Positions 36,301 to 53,974 of a DNA stretch of 64,000 bases are shown here, piece after piece (the first letter of the stretch is position 1; each line of letters opens with the position of its first letter). Below the pieces are notes generated by a model. That model made no database searches. It was not told the origin of the DNA and saw only the letters and a program-made list of their open reading frames with translations. This DNA is from the human T2T-CHM13v2.0 reference genome, Homo sapiens. The stretch lies in assembly GCF_009914755.1 (NCBI RefSeq), contig NC_060925.1; one strand, given 5' to 3'. The position numbers and the translations under genes are program-made.

Positions 36301-37250
36301 CCTGGCCCCTTGGCTTCATTAAGGCCCTTTTTTTCAGTATGTTATTTTATTTTAGACTGCATCCCACTTCTCAGCTACACAGTGCACACTGCAATTTATT
36401 GGCTCCCGAGGGAGACGTCCACAATGCCCCTCAGTGACTGACATACAAGGACAACGTAGGAATGGAGAGAAAGGCGGATTTGTTGGCACTAAGTCGGAAA
36501 CATTTTTTAAACCCTAGAGGTTAAAAGAGAGTTTGGCCAAGCCTCTGAGACAGAGTGCTGTATCATTTAACTGACACTAACATCACCATGCTCCCCACTA
36601 GGAGGGGATCAGTCTCCCAGCCCGTTAATCGCACCCGATGTTCTGGTGGAGCTAAAGAAGCTAGAAGTTTTGAGAGTCCCTGCTGCCAGACTTCAGTGTT
36701 GCCTAAGCAAGCATTGAGAGACTATGGTAATAATAGGTGTGCTTACACCAAATAAAAGGTTTCATTAATCAAGCCATATTGAGATAAACCTGTCACTGGA
36801 CAGAGGGGACCAGAAATCAAATGCTGTGAAAATTCTGACAGATTGTTAAATAGAAACCCTTTAAAATAGAATTTAATTTACTGTGATATTATAGATATTT
36901 ATGCATCAATAGGCAAGTGCAGATTGAGTTCAGAGGTCGGCTCTGGTATTTGAAAAATAAAAGCACAGGATGAAACAAAAGGTGACAGTTACCTTTGTCT
37001 GAAATTAGGGTTCATTAGACTAAATGGGAAGGTTTTAACTGATTCATGTAGGGAACTGAAGCACAGCATGTGATGTGGTGTGCAATACTGGATAACAGGC
37101 AAATCCAATTAAGGGATCTTTATCCTGTTAAAGACTTGTCTACAAACTTAAAAAAAATCCAGGGGCCAGCCACAGAAGAGCCCACTCAGTCATCGTCAGT
37201 GGTAGGTATCTCTCAGATCCTAATAGGTGAACATGTTTCCTCTGTGGCAT
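33400..37250. promoter_or_regulatory. Repeat-free island, candidate conserved enhancer region
   Basis: ~3.8 kb without recognisable repeats in a repeat-saturated window; inverted TCF/LEF pair at 33863-33890, AP-1 TGACTCA at 34119, FOX GTAAACA at 35571, retained CpGs at 36.1-36.7 kb. Confidence 0.4.
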
Positions 37251-37485
37251 TGTAGTGAGGAGTGCTAGATTTTGAAGGCAGACAGACCTGGGTTCAAAGT
37301 TCAGCTTTGCTACTTATTAGCTGTATGACTTTTGACAAATTATCTTCTTTTAGCTTCAATATCCTAATCAGTAAAACAAAAGTACTGCCAGTACTACCTC
37401 ATACGGCTGCTGTGAGGACTGAGATCAAGTTTGCAAAGTACTTAGCATGGTGGCTGGTGGTGCTCAACAAACAATAGTTATTAGT
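37250..37485 (+). mobile_element. MIR
   Basis: GGCAGACAGACCTGGGTTCAAA...CTTATTAGCTGTATGACTTTGACAA...CTACCTCATA. Confidence 0.8.
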
Positions 37486-38129
37486 GCTTCCTTTTTCTTC
37501 TCCTTTCCTTCTCTCCCTCTTTTCTTTTTCCAGTTCCCTCTTTTTGCCTTTTGCCTCCTCTTCCTTGTTTCTTTTTTCCCTCTGCCTACCACACAGGAGC
37601 AACAACTGGCACAGCAGCACCTCCAGGCATTTTGCAGCCTCTTTGAATTGAAGGGCCTGCTGACCTTTGATTTGTGGGCAGAGTTCAAAATGAAGTTATA
37701 AAAGGCCTCTTCATTCAGATTGCCTCATTCATGGAAGACTGTTGGAAGTTCCTTGGCTCTATAATGTCTGAAACTTGCTTGTTCAAACTGATAGAATTAA
37801 GTTCTAGATTCTACCAAATTGATCCATGGGTATAATCTTTCCTTAAAGCCAAACCAGCACATTGCCACAAATTTCTTATTGACTACTAGCTAGAAATATG
37901 TGATGAAGCATTAAGAAGAATTGTTTAATACTTTTTTTAAAGAATCCCACACCCCAAATGTTTTATTCTTACAGTTTGGCCTTATGTATTTCAGCCTCCT
38001 AACTCGTTTCCAAAACTTCTATACTTCCTGGGTTTTGTTTTGTATTTTAATGTTTCTGTTTCTTAGTCTTTCCGTCCCCTTCTACTTATCCTGGTTGACA
38101 GAGCAAGTCATTTAAAAAAAAAAAAGTTT

Positions 38130-38269
38130 GAGCCAGGTGCAGTGGCTCACACCTTTCTCATCCCAGCACTTTGGGAGGCCAAGGTGGGAGAATTGCTTGA
38201 GCCCAGTAGTTCAAGACCAGCCTGGGCAACATAAGGAGACACCATCTCTATAAAGAAAAAAGAAAAAAT
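38130..38269 (+). mobile_element. FLAM monomer
   Basis: Left-arm-only Alu with A tail. Confidence 0.85.
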
Positions 38270-38341
38270 AGCTTGGATAATATCTCAGTGAATAGTGAGG
38301 TCACAGAATGGAGTCTTAAAGAAACATAGACAGTACCTTAC

Positions 38342-38401
38342 CCATACGTGAAAAGGAACAGGAAGGCAACATACAATCCTGTTACTATCACTCCCAGGTC
38401 T
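38342..38401 (-). other. Candidate 60-nt exon (hydrophobic in phase 2: DLGVIVTGLYVAFLFLFTYG)
   Basis: ctgttttctag|AGACC...TATGG|gtaagg. Confidence 0.3.
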
Positions 38402-38821
38402 CTAGAAAACAGCCAAGACAGATTCAAGATGCCACACACAGCTGTGTGTCTTTGAGAAAGTAATTTGTCCTCCCTGAGCTCCCTCTCTCGGTTAGATGTA
38501 CCTCCTCTATACTCTACCTGTACCCTATAAATACCTGTATCATTATTGAAATTATTGGCCCCACCACCAACCTATAAACATTTTAGCACAGATGTTATTA
38601 TCTTATTTATTTTTGTATCCCCTGGCCAGTGGTGGTGCTCTTTACAAGTGTCTGTTGAATTGATCAAAAATATTCATATCTAGGCCTATCTTAAATGATC
38701 CCTTGAACCCCCTCCACATTTATTAACTGAAAGTGGCATAACTGACCTGTGTGTAAGGATAAAATGACTCAGACCACTTGAAATGATTTAATACTAAAAC
38801 AGTAGCTCTCAGAAAACTTAC

Positions 38822-38918
38822 CCTTAAACAAAATTTGCACAAACCATAACTCTCTTTTGAATTTGCTGGTGTCATTTTGGATTTCATCTTTACTTCTATC
38901 TGTTTGAATAGAGCCATA
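38822..38918 (-). other. Candidate 97-nt (or 78-nt) exon
   Basis: ttccacttctttttaaag|TATGG...TAAGG|gtaagt; alternative acceptor at 38899. Confidence 0.3.
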
Positions 38919-39147
38919 CTTTAAAAAGAAGTGGAAAAAGAATAGAAGTGTATTTCAATTCTCAGCAACTACCAGCTCCTCCAAAAACTAAACCACTTAA
39001 CTTTCCTGTTCTTCAATTTTCTTTTTAATCAAATGAAAATACTGAATACAGGCCAAATAAATATAGTGTGATTGCTTATAAGGGTCAAATCTCACAATTA
39101 AAATCTCCATTTATTATTATTATTTCTTTTAAATTAAGAATGCTAGA

Positions 39148-39575
<428 letters not shown>

Positions 39576-39615
39576 AATTAATTAACTAAGGATATTTAAC
39601 TTTTATCTTCTCAAC

Positions 39616-40165
39616 TGTATTAATTACCTATTGCTGCATAGCAAATTATCCTCAAAATGTAACAGTTTAAAACAACAAGCATTTATTATCTCATGCAGTT
39701 TCTGGGGTCAAGCATCTGAGAGTGGCTAAGCTGATGGTTCTGGCTCAGGGTCTCTCATGAGGTTACATTCAAGCAACCTCAGGTGCTGCAGTCACTTGAA
39801 GGTTTGACCAGAGTCGGCAGATCTATTTCCAAGATGGTTCACTCACATGGCTATTGACAGAAGACTACAAATTCTCATTGGTCATTGGTAGAAGGCCTCA
39901 GTTCCTTGCTACGTGGAGAGCTGTCTCAGTACCTTCATAACCTGGCAGCTTGCTTTCCCCAGAGTAAAGGATCTGAGAAAGTACAAGGCCGAAGCCACAA
40001 TGTGTTCCACGAGCTAGCCTCAGAAGTGACATACCATTATTTTGCCATATTCTATTGGTCACACAGAAAAAAACCCACTATAATGTGGGAAAAGACCCTA
40101 CAAGCCATGATTACTAGGAGGCAAGGAATCATTGGGGACCATTTTGGGGCCTGGCTGCCACACCA
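39616..40165 (-). mobile_element. MaLR LTR (MLT1F/G/H group)
   Basis: TGTATTAATTACCTATTGCTGCATAGCAAATTA...GGTTCTGGCTCAGGGTCTCTCATGAGG. Confidence 0.75.
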
Positions 40166-42783
40166 ATGAAAATAAATATCCACACCAATGGAGCAGAGAA
40201 GTAATAATTTTTTTGGCTTTTCAGGGGGTAGAAAGCCAGAGATCAAATGATTTCCCAAGAAGAGAGATTAAACTCTGTACTAAGCCACCTCATATAATAC
40301 GTTAATTAAATAAGTAGATAAACTTAAATTTCTGACTCCTTATTCAAGTTCTTTTTTTTTTCAAGTTTAAACTCCTCTGTCCTGTGGTTTTTATATCCAG
40401 AACTCTTCAATGTATTACTTATCCCCTGAATTCACCAAAAACAAATTCACCTTCCCCAACTTTACCTATAACTGCAGCACTTGGGGTTAGGGGAAAAACA
40501 TTTTCCCCCTAAGCAATAACTAACATCAATAACCAAGATATAAAATAAACTCACACCTATGGATATACTAACAATGCAGACCATATATTCAGTAGGTAGC
40601 AGTTAATTTTATCATACCAGTTCTTTTCAACACCTTAGCTGGTTGCACAAGGATCATATGAAACTAGATTCTTTAATTCCAAGGTGAAGAGCATAAAAGT
40701 CTGAATCTCTGAGGTTTTAACAAATCAATCTGTAACAAAAGATAATTACTCCTATATCCTACCTTCTGTATCCTGCCTGGTGAAAAAGGAAACTGGCAAC
40801 TGAGACCTGGGTTCTAGCCCCAGCTCTGTCATTAACTTGCTGGGTGATATCTGGCAAGTAACTTGACATCTCTGATCCTCAACTTTAAAGATCCAAGGTT
40901 AGATCAAAATAACTCTTCCAGGACTAAAATAAATTTGACAATTCTGATTAATCTGTGCTTTCAGGTGAACCCAGCTTGCTTATCCCTACCTACTTTTGGT
41001 TGTGACTCTACACCAATTTTCTTTCTTTTTTTTTTTTTTTACTACACTGCATCAGAAAACAATAGGACAATGGCCATTTCTGAATTTATATCAGGCTTTC
41101 CTCCCTAACCTTTCCCTATCTCACCAAATAGTGCTGGAAAAATACTCGGCACTATTCATGGTGGGAAGCTCAACAGAAATGAAAATAATCAGCCAGTAAT
41201 GTGATCAATGAAACCAAATTGGAAATAAATTTAGGTACACGAATATAAAACCAATGCTTAAAAAATGGTTTCAACCAAAAAATGATTGCTCATAGACATA
41301 GACAGGAAGATGTCTTTCCCCAAAGGATCCACTCTTCACAGAGTTTGGCAGCATGATGAAAGGCAGAGGAGTGTGACTCCATGGCAGTAGAAGAAATGGT
41401 ACTCTCATCAGCTGGCAACCAATTTCCCTCAGAGGAGGTACAGACATAGCTAAGTCAAGCCAAAAGTTATGAATGTCCCTGAATTCCCATGGGAAAAGAG
41501 TGTAGTGCAAAGAAAGAAGTCTCATCTATTGGGCCTAGACGAGCTTGAAGAAGACAGGGAAGTCCCTTAGCAATTTTCTGACAAAGAGAGAAAGCAAGAG
41601 AAATAAGGAAATGAGGGAAAGAAAGAAAGGTAAAGAAGAGAAAGTTTAGAGAAAGAAAGTGGCAGAGAAGCGTAAGAATGAAAGAGGAGGGGAAAAATTA
41701 TCCAGCACTAGAGACTCATCAAGAGAGCCCTGATTGTCTTACTCAATAAAGTATCCCAACCACCTACCACAATGCCTGTACAGAACAGGAGTTCAGCATA
41801 TGTTGAATGGATGAAAGAATGCAGATAAAGAAACAAAAATCAGTTTGGAAAAAGGCAGGATATTCATTGTCTTACAGCTATGCACTAACTCTAGCTAAAA
41901 ATTTCACGACCTAAAAAATGTATACGAGGAAGGTTAGAAAAGGTAGCTGAATCAGTACAAATCTATAACCCCTTTGGGGGGAAAAAAAGAATAACAATAC
42001 ATGTGCTGCTGTTAAATATTTTGTCACTTTCTTATTTCCTTTTGTATATTAATAATCTCTCAATTAAGCACCTCATAAATATTTTAGGATATCATGTTAA
42101 GAAAGAAATAACATCTTTATTTTTACGCCAGTTCAAAAGAAATTGATGGTTCTAAAAAAAAAAAACCCACTTTATTTGGCATAGAAACCACATAGTCATC
42201 TATGTCATTTCTTAGAGCTCTGTCAATATTTCAGTATTAAAATAAAATTGTTAAGAAAAAGCAACTGAGTAAAGAAGCATTTCAAAGTTTTCTAGGACTT
42301 TTATCCTTCCAAGAATAAGTTGCCTGCATATTTGTTTCTTTTGGTTAAATACTGATACAAGCTCAAACTATTACAGTTTGAAACTGCAGTTCATTCGCCT
42401 TTTACAGATTGTTTTAGATCTTGGTCTAACACAACTATCCCTTTAGGACCAGTCAGATTGCCATAGTAATTGCTCAGTGACCACAGTTGTTGCAACTCTG
42501 ACACAGGAATGACCACAGTTCTAGGTCAGCTTTCATTTTACCCAGAAATGAAGACACATTAACAAAAGTAGGACTGCACACACATAGACAGAATTACAAA
42601 TATGATATCTGTTATAGAGAGGAAATAGAATAGTATCCATTTTGATATCACATAAAGACTGATTTTCAATCAGATTGAAAATACTATTTTTTTCCCTCCA
42701 TCATTCTTCTAAGAACATGAAAAACATTACTTCTACACAGCATTTTAATCAGATATGCTTTGTTTAAATTAATTATATTCTTC

Positions 42784-45078
<2,295 letters not shown>

Positions 45079-45389
45079 ATAAATGTATAACTGCTAAAGC
45101 AAGAAAGAGGAGTGACATTAGCGAGATGTCAGAATAGAACTTTTTAGAGCTCATCCCATTCATGAAGCCTGGGGAAACATTAATTAGTATCTGTACACCA
45201 AAGTAGCATCACAAAAATCAGGTGAGACATTATATCACATAAGTATATCACAGAACTCAGACACACTGAAGACAGCATAGGGAGGACAGTTTCACATTAC
45301 CCACGTTACCTCACCCCCAACCACAAGCAGCACAGCATGGAGAGAGATACTATTAGGAGAAGGAAGTGAGCACTGGACATTGCCTCAGA

Positions 45390-47200
45390 CCGCAATACCA
45401 GGCCCACTTAAGTAAAACCCAGCACCAGGCAGGCCTCCAAAGCCCCACACTTCAGGACCACCCCAGCACTAAGCCAGTCCTCCCAACTCCAGACCTTAGG
45501 CCTACCCCCCAGATTCAGACACCAGCTGGAGACTGTAGGCATGCCCCACTACTAGGCTTATCCCATAGGTCCCAGCTTCCAGACCACTCCCAGCACTAGG
45601 CTAGCCCCCATGGCCCCAGCCTCCAGGCCAGCCTCTGTAGACCCATCCTCCAGGGCAGTACCTACAGATTGCAACATCAGGTTGACTGTGTAGTCCCAGA
45701 ACCCAGGCCTGCCTCCACAGACTCAGCCTCTGACCCATCTTCCAGGCCCATCCCAGTGCCAGGCTAGCCCCTGCTGGCCTGGCCTCCAGGCCTATCCCCG
45801 CACCAAGCCAGCCCTCACAGCCCTAGACTCCAGGCCAGTACCCACAGACCCAGCCTCTAGCCCCACTGCTACACCAGGTTGGCAACCACAGACCCTGGAT
45901 CAGGACTAGTCCCTGTGGATACAAGCTCCAGACCTGCCAAGTGCCAGGCCAGGCCCCATGAGCTAAGGATCAAGACCTTCCCCAGGCCCCAGACTGGCCC
46001 AGCACCATGCCAGCCTACACGGCCCCAGGCTTCAGGCCCACCCCAGCACCAGGTTGGTATTTGCAGACCCAGTAGATCAAAGCCCACCCCTATGGCCTCA
46101 AGAACCAGGCCAGTACCCTCAGACTCCACCTCCAGGCCTGCCCCAGAGGATACAGGTTCCAAATTCACCCTACCATGCCAGCCCTTGGGTCCCAGCTCCA
46201 TGCCAGTCCCCAAGGACTCAAGCTTCGGGCCCGCCCTAGACTCCAGATCAGCCCAATGCCAGGCTGACCCCCATGGACACAGGCTCCAGGCCATTCCTTG
46301 TGGGCCCACACTTCAGCAGACCCAGAGCCCAGACCCAGTAGACAATAGCACTAGGAAGGTACCTATAGACCCATCCTCCAGGATCATTTCTGAGTCCCAG
46401 TTTCCAGGCTGGCCCCAGTGGCCCCAGGTAGACTCTCACAGACCCAGCCTCCAAGCCAACCTAGAGCTAAGCCATCCCTCAAAACACCAGGCACCAGCCC
46501 AGACATCATGGACCTAGCCTTCCAGCCAGTACCTACACAGCCAGCCTCCAGTCTGTTCCCCATGGACCCAGGGAACAGGACCATCCCCATGAATCCAGGC
46601 TCTGGGCCAGTCCCCAGGCCCTCAGGTTCTAATGAACCCAGGGTCCAGGCCCACCATATTAGACACTAAAAACAGCTTGGCCCCTGTTAATTGAGGCTCC
46701 AGGGCTATACCTGCAAACCAGGCTGGTCCAGGCCAGCTCCTGCAGACCCAGGATCCAGGTCCACCCCTGTAGACCCAGGCTCCAGGCCTATGCCTATGGA
46801 CAGATGCCAGGCCTGTCCCAGTTTCTGGCCAGCCCCTGCAGACTCAGGCTCAAGACCTGCCTTGGTGGCAGATTGGCCCCAGTGGGCTCAGGATTCAGGA
46901 AAGCCCCCATGGACACAGGCTCTGCATCTGCCCTCACAGACACAATATCTAAGCCTGTTGCAACAGACTCAGTCAACAGATCTACCCCAGTGGACCCTGG
47001 TGCCAGACCAGCCCCCACAGACCCAGAATCCAGGATCATTCCATCAGACCCAAGCTCTAGGCCTGCCCCAGTGGACTGAGACACAAGGCCCAACTCTGTG
47101 GACCCAGATGTGAGGTCCTCCACCTGCTGATCCAGGCACCAGACAATACTACCCAAGGGCTCCAGCAGTAAGCCCTCTTACAAGCAACACCAGCTAGCCT
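45390..47200 (+). repeat. Degenerate C-rich tandem array in the L1 5' region
   Basis: Recurrent ~20-30-nt units of the type CCAGCCCCCACAGACCCAG(G/C)CTCCAGG. Confidence 0.7.
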
Positions 47201-47811
47201 GCCCAGAATCTCTGGGCAGGCTGACTGGTAAAGGGTTTTCCCTGCCAAAGCCAGTCTGCAAAAACTGGAATAAATCCCTACCTCTTTAAATGCACAGGCA
47301 TCAACACATGGCTACAAGTATCACAAACAATCAGGAAAAACATGACACCACCAAAGAAAGAAAATAAAACACCAGTAACCAGATCTAACAGAAAAGGAGA
47401 TTTATAAACTGACTAAAAAATAATTCAAACAATTGTCTTTAAAATGCTCGGTGAGCTACAAGAGAATACAAATAGACAACTAAATGAAATTATAAAAACA
47501 ATACATGAACAAAATGAGAAGTTCAACAAAGATAAAGAAATTACGAAAAAAAAAAAAAGATGACTGAACTCTGAACTGATGGTTTCCATAAAGAGTCTTC
47601 AACAGTAGGCTCAATCAATAAAAAGAAAGAATCAGGTAGCTTGAAGACAAGTCATTTGAAATTATGCAGTTAGAGGAACAAAAGAAGCAAAGAAAAATAA
47701 TAAAGAAAGCCTACAGAAATTATACAACATTATCAAGTAAACCAATGTAGACACATTCTGGGTGTCCTAAAGGAGCAAAGAAAGAGAAAGGGGCAGAGAA
47801 AGAGAAAGGGG

Positions 47812-48176
47812 TATTGCTATAAAGAACTACCTGAGACTGGGTAATTTGTAATGAAGAGGTTTAATTGACTCACAGTTCCACAGGCTGTACAGGAAGCATG
47901 GCTTGAGGGGCCTCAGGAAACTTACAATAATGGTGGAAGGCGAAGGGAAAGCAGACATGTCTTACATGGCCAGAGAAGGAGGAAGAGAGAGAGAATGGGG
48001 AGGTGCTACACACTTAAACAACTAGATCTCATGAGAACTCACTCACTAATCATGAGAACAGCAAGGGGGATGTAAATCCCTATGGTCTAATAACCTCCCA
48101 CCAGGCCTCTCCTCCAACACTGGGGATTACAATTCAACATGAGATTTGAGTGGAGACACAAATCCAAACCATATCA
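47812..48176 (-). mobile_element. MSTA LTR inserted in L1
   Basis: GCTATAAAGAACTACCTGAGACTGGGTAATTT...CAAATCCAAACCATATCA. Confidence 0.9.
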
Positions 48177-48253
48177 GGGCAAAAAAGCTTATTTAAAAAA
48201 ATAATGATAGAAAATTTTTCAAATTTGGAAAGAGAAATAAACAACCAGATTCA

Positions 48254-48750
<497 letters not shown>

Positions 48751-49720
48751 ATATAAAGCCCAAAGAACCCCAAATAGATTAAATATAAAAAGATCTTAAT
48801 GTGTCAGCAAGACACATTATCATCAAACTCTCCAAAGTAAAAGAGAGAATTTTGAAAGAAACAAGAGAAAAGCAACTTATCATATACAATGGAACCTCCA
48901 GATTTCTCAACAGAAACCTTGCAGGCCAGAAGACAGTGGGATGATATAGTCATAGTAATGAAAGAATAAAACTGCCAACCAAGCATACTATGCCCAGCAA
49001 GGCTGTCCTTCAGAACTAAAGTACAGGTAAGGACTTTCCCAGATAGACAAGTTGTAGGAGTTCATCACCACTAGACCTGCCTTCCAAAAAATTCTAAAGA
49101 TAGCTCTTCAAATTACAAAAAAAAGACACTAATAACAAGAAAACATACAAAAGTATAAAACTCCTTAGTAAAAGTAAGTATATAATCAAATCCAGAAAAT
49201 TTTAATACTGCAATGGTGGTGTGTAAATCATGTATACTTTTAGTATGAAGGTTAAAAGACAAAACTATTAAAAATAATAATAGCTGTAATAATTTGTTAA
49301 GGGATGCCCAACATAAAAAGATGTAAATTAGAGCATCAAAAAAATGTGGGGGAGGGGTATAAATGTGTAGAGACTTTTATGCAACTGATATTAAGTTGTT
49401 CTCAGCTTACAATAGCTGTTATAATTATAAAATGGTTCATGTAAGCTTCATAGTAACTGTAGTAACTACAAAGCAAAAATCTATAGTAGACACACAAAAA
49501 ATGAAAAGTAAGGAATCAAAGCATACCACTAAGGAAAATCATCTAATCGCAAAGAAAGACAGCAAGAGAGTAAGAAAAGAACAAAGGATCTAAAACAACC
49601 AGGAAACAATTACCAAAATGGCAGTAATAACTTCCTACCTATTAATAAAATTCCCCAATCAAAAGACATAGAGTGGCTTAAAAACAAAACAAACAAAGAT
49701 ACCAAACTATATGCTGCCTA

Positions 49721-50326
<606 letters not shown>

Positions 50327-51527
50327 TCAGCATAGTACTGGAAGTCTTAGCCAGAGCAACTAGGCAAGAAAAAGAAACAAAAGATATCCACAATGGAAAG
50401 GAAGAGTTAAATTGTCTGTTTGCAAATGACATGATCTTATGTATAGAAAACTCTAAAGCCTCCCCCCCAAAAAAACTGTTAGAACTAATAAACAAATTCA
50501 GTAAAGTTGCAGGACACAAAATGAACATATAAAAATCAGTAGCATTTGTATACACTAACAACAAACTATCCCAAAAAGAAATTGAGAAAATAATTTCATT
50601 TACAAAAGCTACAAAAAATAAAATACTTAGGAATTAATTTAACCAGGTGAAATATCTATATGCTGAAAACTGAAAAAAAAAATTGACAAAAGAAATTGAA
50701 AACACAAATAAATGGAAAGATATCTCATGTTCATGGATTGAAAGAATTAATATTGTTAAAATGTCCACACTACCCAAAGCAATCTATAGATTTAATGCAA
50801 TCCCTACCAAAATTCCAAGACACTTTTCATAGAAATAGAAAAATAATCTTAAAATTCATATCAAACTATGAAAGACCTCAAATAGCCAAAACAATCTTGA
50901 GCAAAAAGAACAAAGTGGGAGACATCATATTATCTGATTTGAAAATATACTACAGACCTAATCAAAAGAGCAGAGTACTGGCATAAAAACAGACACAATT
51001 AGTGAGTACAAGGTTAACTCCAAGATGTCTAATAACCACTACATTATACCATCTCTATTAAAATTTTAATTAAAATTTTTAAATTTGTATGCCTCATAAT
51101 ATAGTACAGTTATTCCTTCTATGTTATCTCTGACATCGACTTTCTGTGTAGAAATTTCTAGTAATAGAGCATTCTACTTTTCTAGGAAGCTGTAATTTGA
51201 AATGTAGGTAATTTTAATGGACTATGTAAGCATCTAGACAGAGGAGACCACATAGATTTTAAAAAAGGTGGGGTGGGCAGAGAAGGAGGATGATGGATAG
51301 GTAGGCTGAGGCCACATCAGTAACACCTTATTCATTTAACAGAGGTGGAATATTGAAGGTTATTGGGAAAGTAACAATCCAAGGTATGTTTTAGAAAGAC
51401 AAATTGAATTGCTATAAGGAATATGGATCCTTTCAAAGTACTGCTCAAGATTGACATCACTGTATCTAAATTATCTTTCATTTGTTTTTAAGATGTTCAT
51501 CTCAAGAACCAGCATGCTAGTACTCAC

Positions 51528-51993
51528 TTTGTTATATATCACATATTACATTGATCAAAGTATTTCTTTTGGCTGGATCCTAGATTTAGCCTCAGAATTT
51601 TCCTCAACACAAGCCAGTCACAGTGGCTCATGCCTGTAATCCCATCACTTTGGGAGGCTGGATCACTTGAGATCAGAAGTTTGATACCAACCTGGCCAAC
51701 ATGGTGAAACCCCATCTCTACTAAAAATACAAAAATTAGCTAAATTAGCTGAGCATGGTGGTGCACACCTGTAGTCCCAGCTACTTGGGAGGCTGAAGTG
51801 GGAGAATCGCTTGAACCCACAGGCAGAGGTTGCAGTGAGCCAATATTGCATCACTGCACTCCAGCCAGGGTGACAGAGTGAGACTCCATCTCAAAAAAAA
51901 AAAAAAAAAAAAAAAAGAATTTTCCTCAGCGCGATTCTCCTATTCTTCTAGCAGCAATGATCAATTGAAGAAACTTCTTTGCAGGCCCGGGCA
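51528..51993 (-). pseudogene. Candidate 144-nt exon relic split by an Alu
   Basis: cctgttcttttttacag| at 51993 and AAA|gtgagt at 51528; removing the Alu plus one TSD leaves 65+79=144 nt; stops in all frames. Confidence 0.35.
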
Positions 51994-52598
51994 CTGTAAA
52001 AAAGAACAGGATTTGGCCGGGCGCGGTGGCTCACGCCCATAATCCCAGCACTTTGGGAGGCCGAGGCAGGTGGATCACGAGGTCAGGAAACAGAGATGAC
52101 CAACATGGTGAAACCCCATCTCTACTAAAAATTCAAAAATTAGCCGGGCGTGTTGGCGTGTGCCTCTAGTCCCAGCTACTCAGGAGGCTGAAGCAGGAGA
52201 ATCGCTTGAACGCAGGAGGCGGAGGTTGCCGTGAGCCGAGACCGTGCCACTGCACTCCAGCCTGGGCCACACAGCGAGACACTGTCTCAAAAAAAAAAAA
52301 AAAGGCCGGGTGCGGTGGCTCACGCCTGTAATCCCAGCACTTTGGGAGGCCAAAGTGGGCAGATCATGAGGTCAGGAGATCATCCTGGCTAACACAGTGA
52401 AACCCTGTCTCTACTAAAAAAATACAAAAAATTAGCTGGGCGTGGTGGCGGGCGCCTGTAGTCCCAGCTACTCGGGAGGCTGAGAGGCAGGAGAATGGCG
52501 TGAACCCAGGAGGCAGAGTTTGCAGTGATCTGAGATCGTGCCATGCACTCCACCCTGGGCAACAAAGCGAGACTCCACCTTAAAAAAAAAAAAAAAAA
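51612..52598 (+). mobile_element. Three Alus (51612-51916, 52015-52302, 52303-52598)
   Basis: TSDs AGAATTTTCCTCA and AACAGGATTTGG. Confidence 0.92.
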
Positions 52599-52998
52599 CA
52601 GGATTTGGAATTAGATGTCCAGCATCAGCTCTACTTCCTACATATCTGTGTGACCTTAAACAAGGTACTGTGCACCCATAAGCCTTGGTTATAAAATGGA
52701 TTGATAATACTTATCTTACAGAATTATACAACAGAATGTATGTAAAAACCCTAATGAGTACCTGCCCCATAATGGCTATTTAATAAATATTAGTCTACCT
52801 TTCCTCTATATAGCTATTCAAACTAGTACATAATATGGACCCAGCACTTTCATAATACTATTTTCAATAACTATAAATCCCAATTTAAAGATACACATTT
52901 ATCTTAGGATGATAGTATACCAAATATACACTTCCCTTAAAATCTTTGCTCAAATGTCACCTTTAAGGCCTACCTTAACAACCATATTTAAAAATTGT

Positions 52999-53821
<823 letters not shown>

Positions 53822-53974
53822 TTATCTGAAAGTATAATATACTTAGGATTAAGTTTATCAATAATGGTGAAGATAAATCCGTATTTCAAAACTTCTTGAT
53901 AATTTTGAGTTTTTGTCCAATTTCTTGACAGATCTAATGATATCACCATTGCATTGTCTTTATTTTGTAATATG

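Noticed and set aside
45879-46517. 212-aa Pro/Ser-rich ORF
   Set aside because: Stop-poor low-complexity array inside an L1; several frames are open on both strands.
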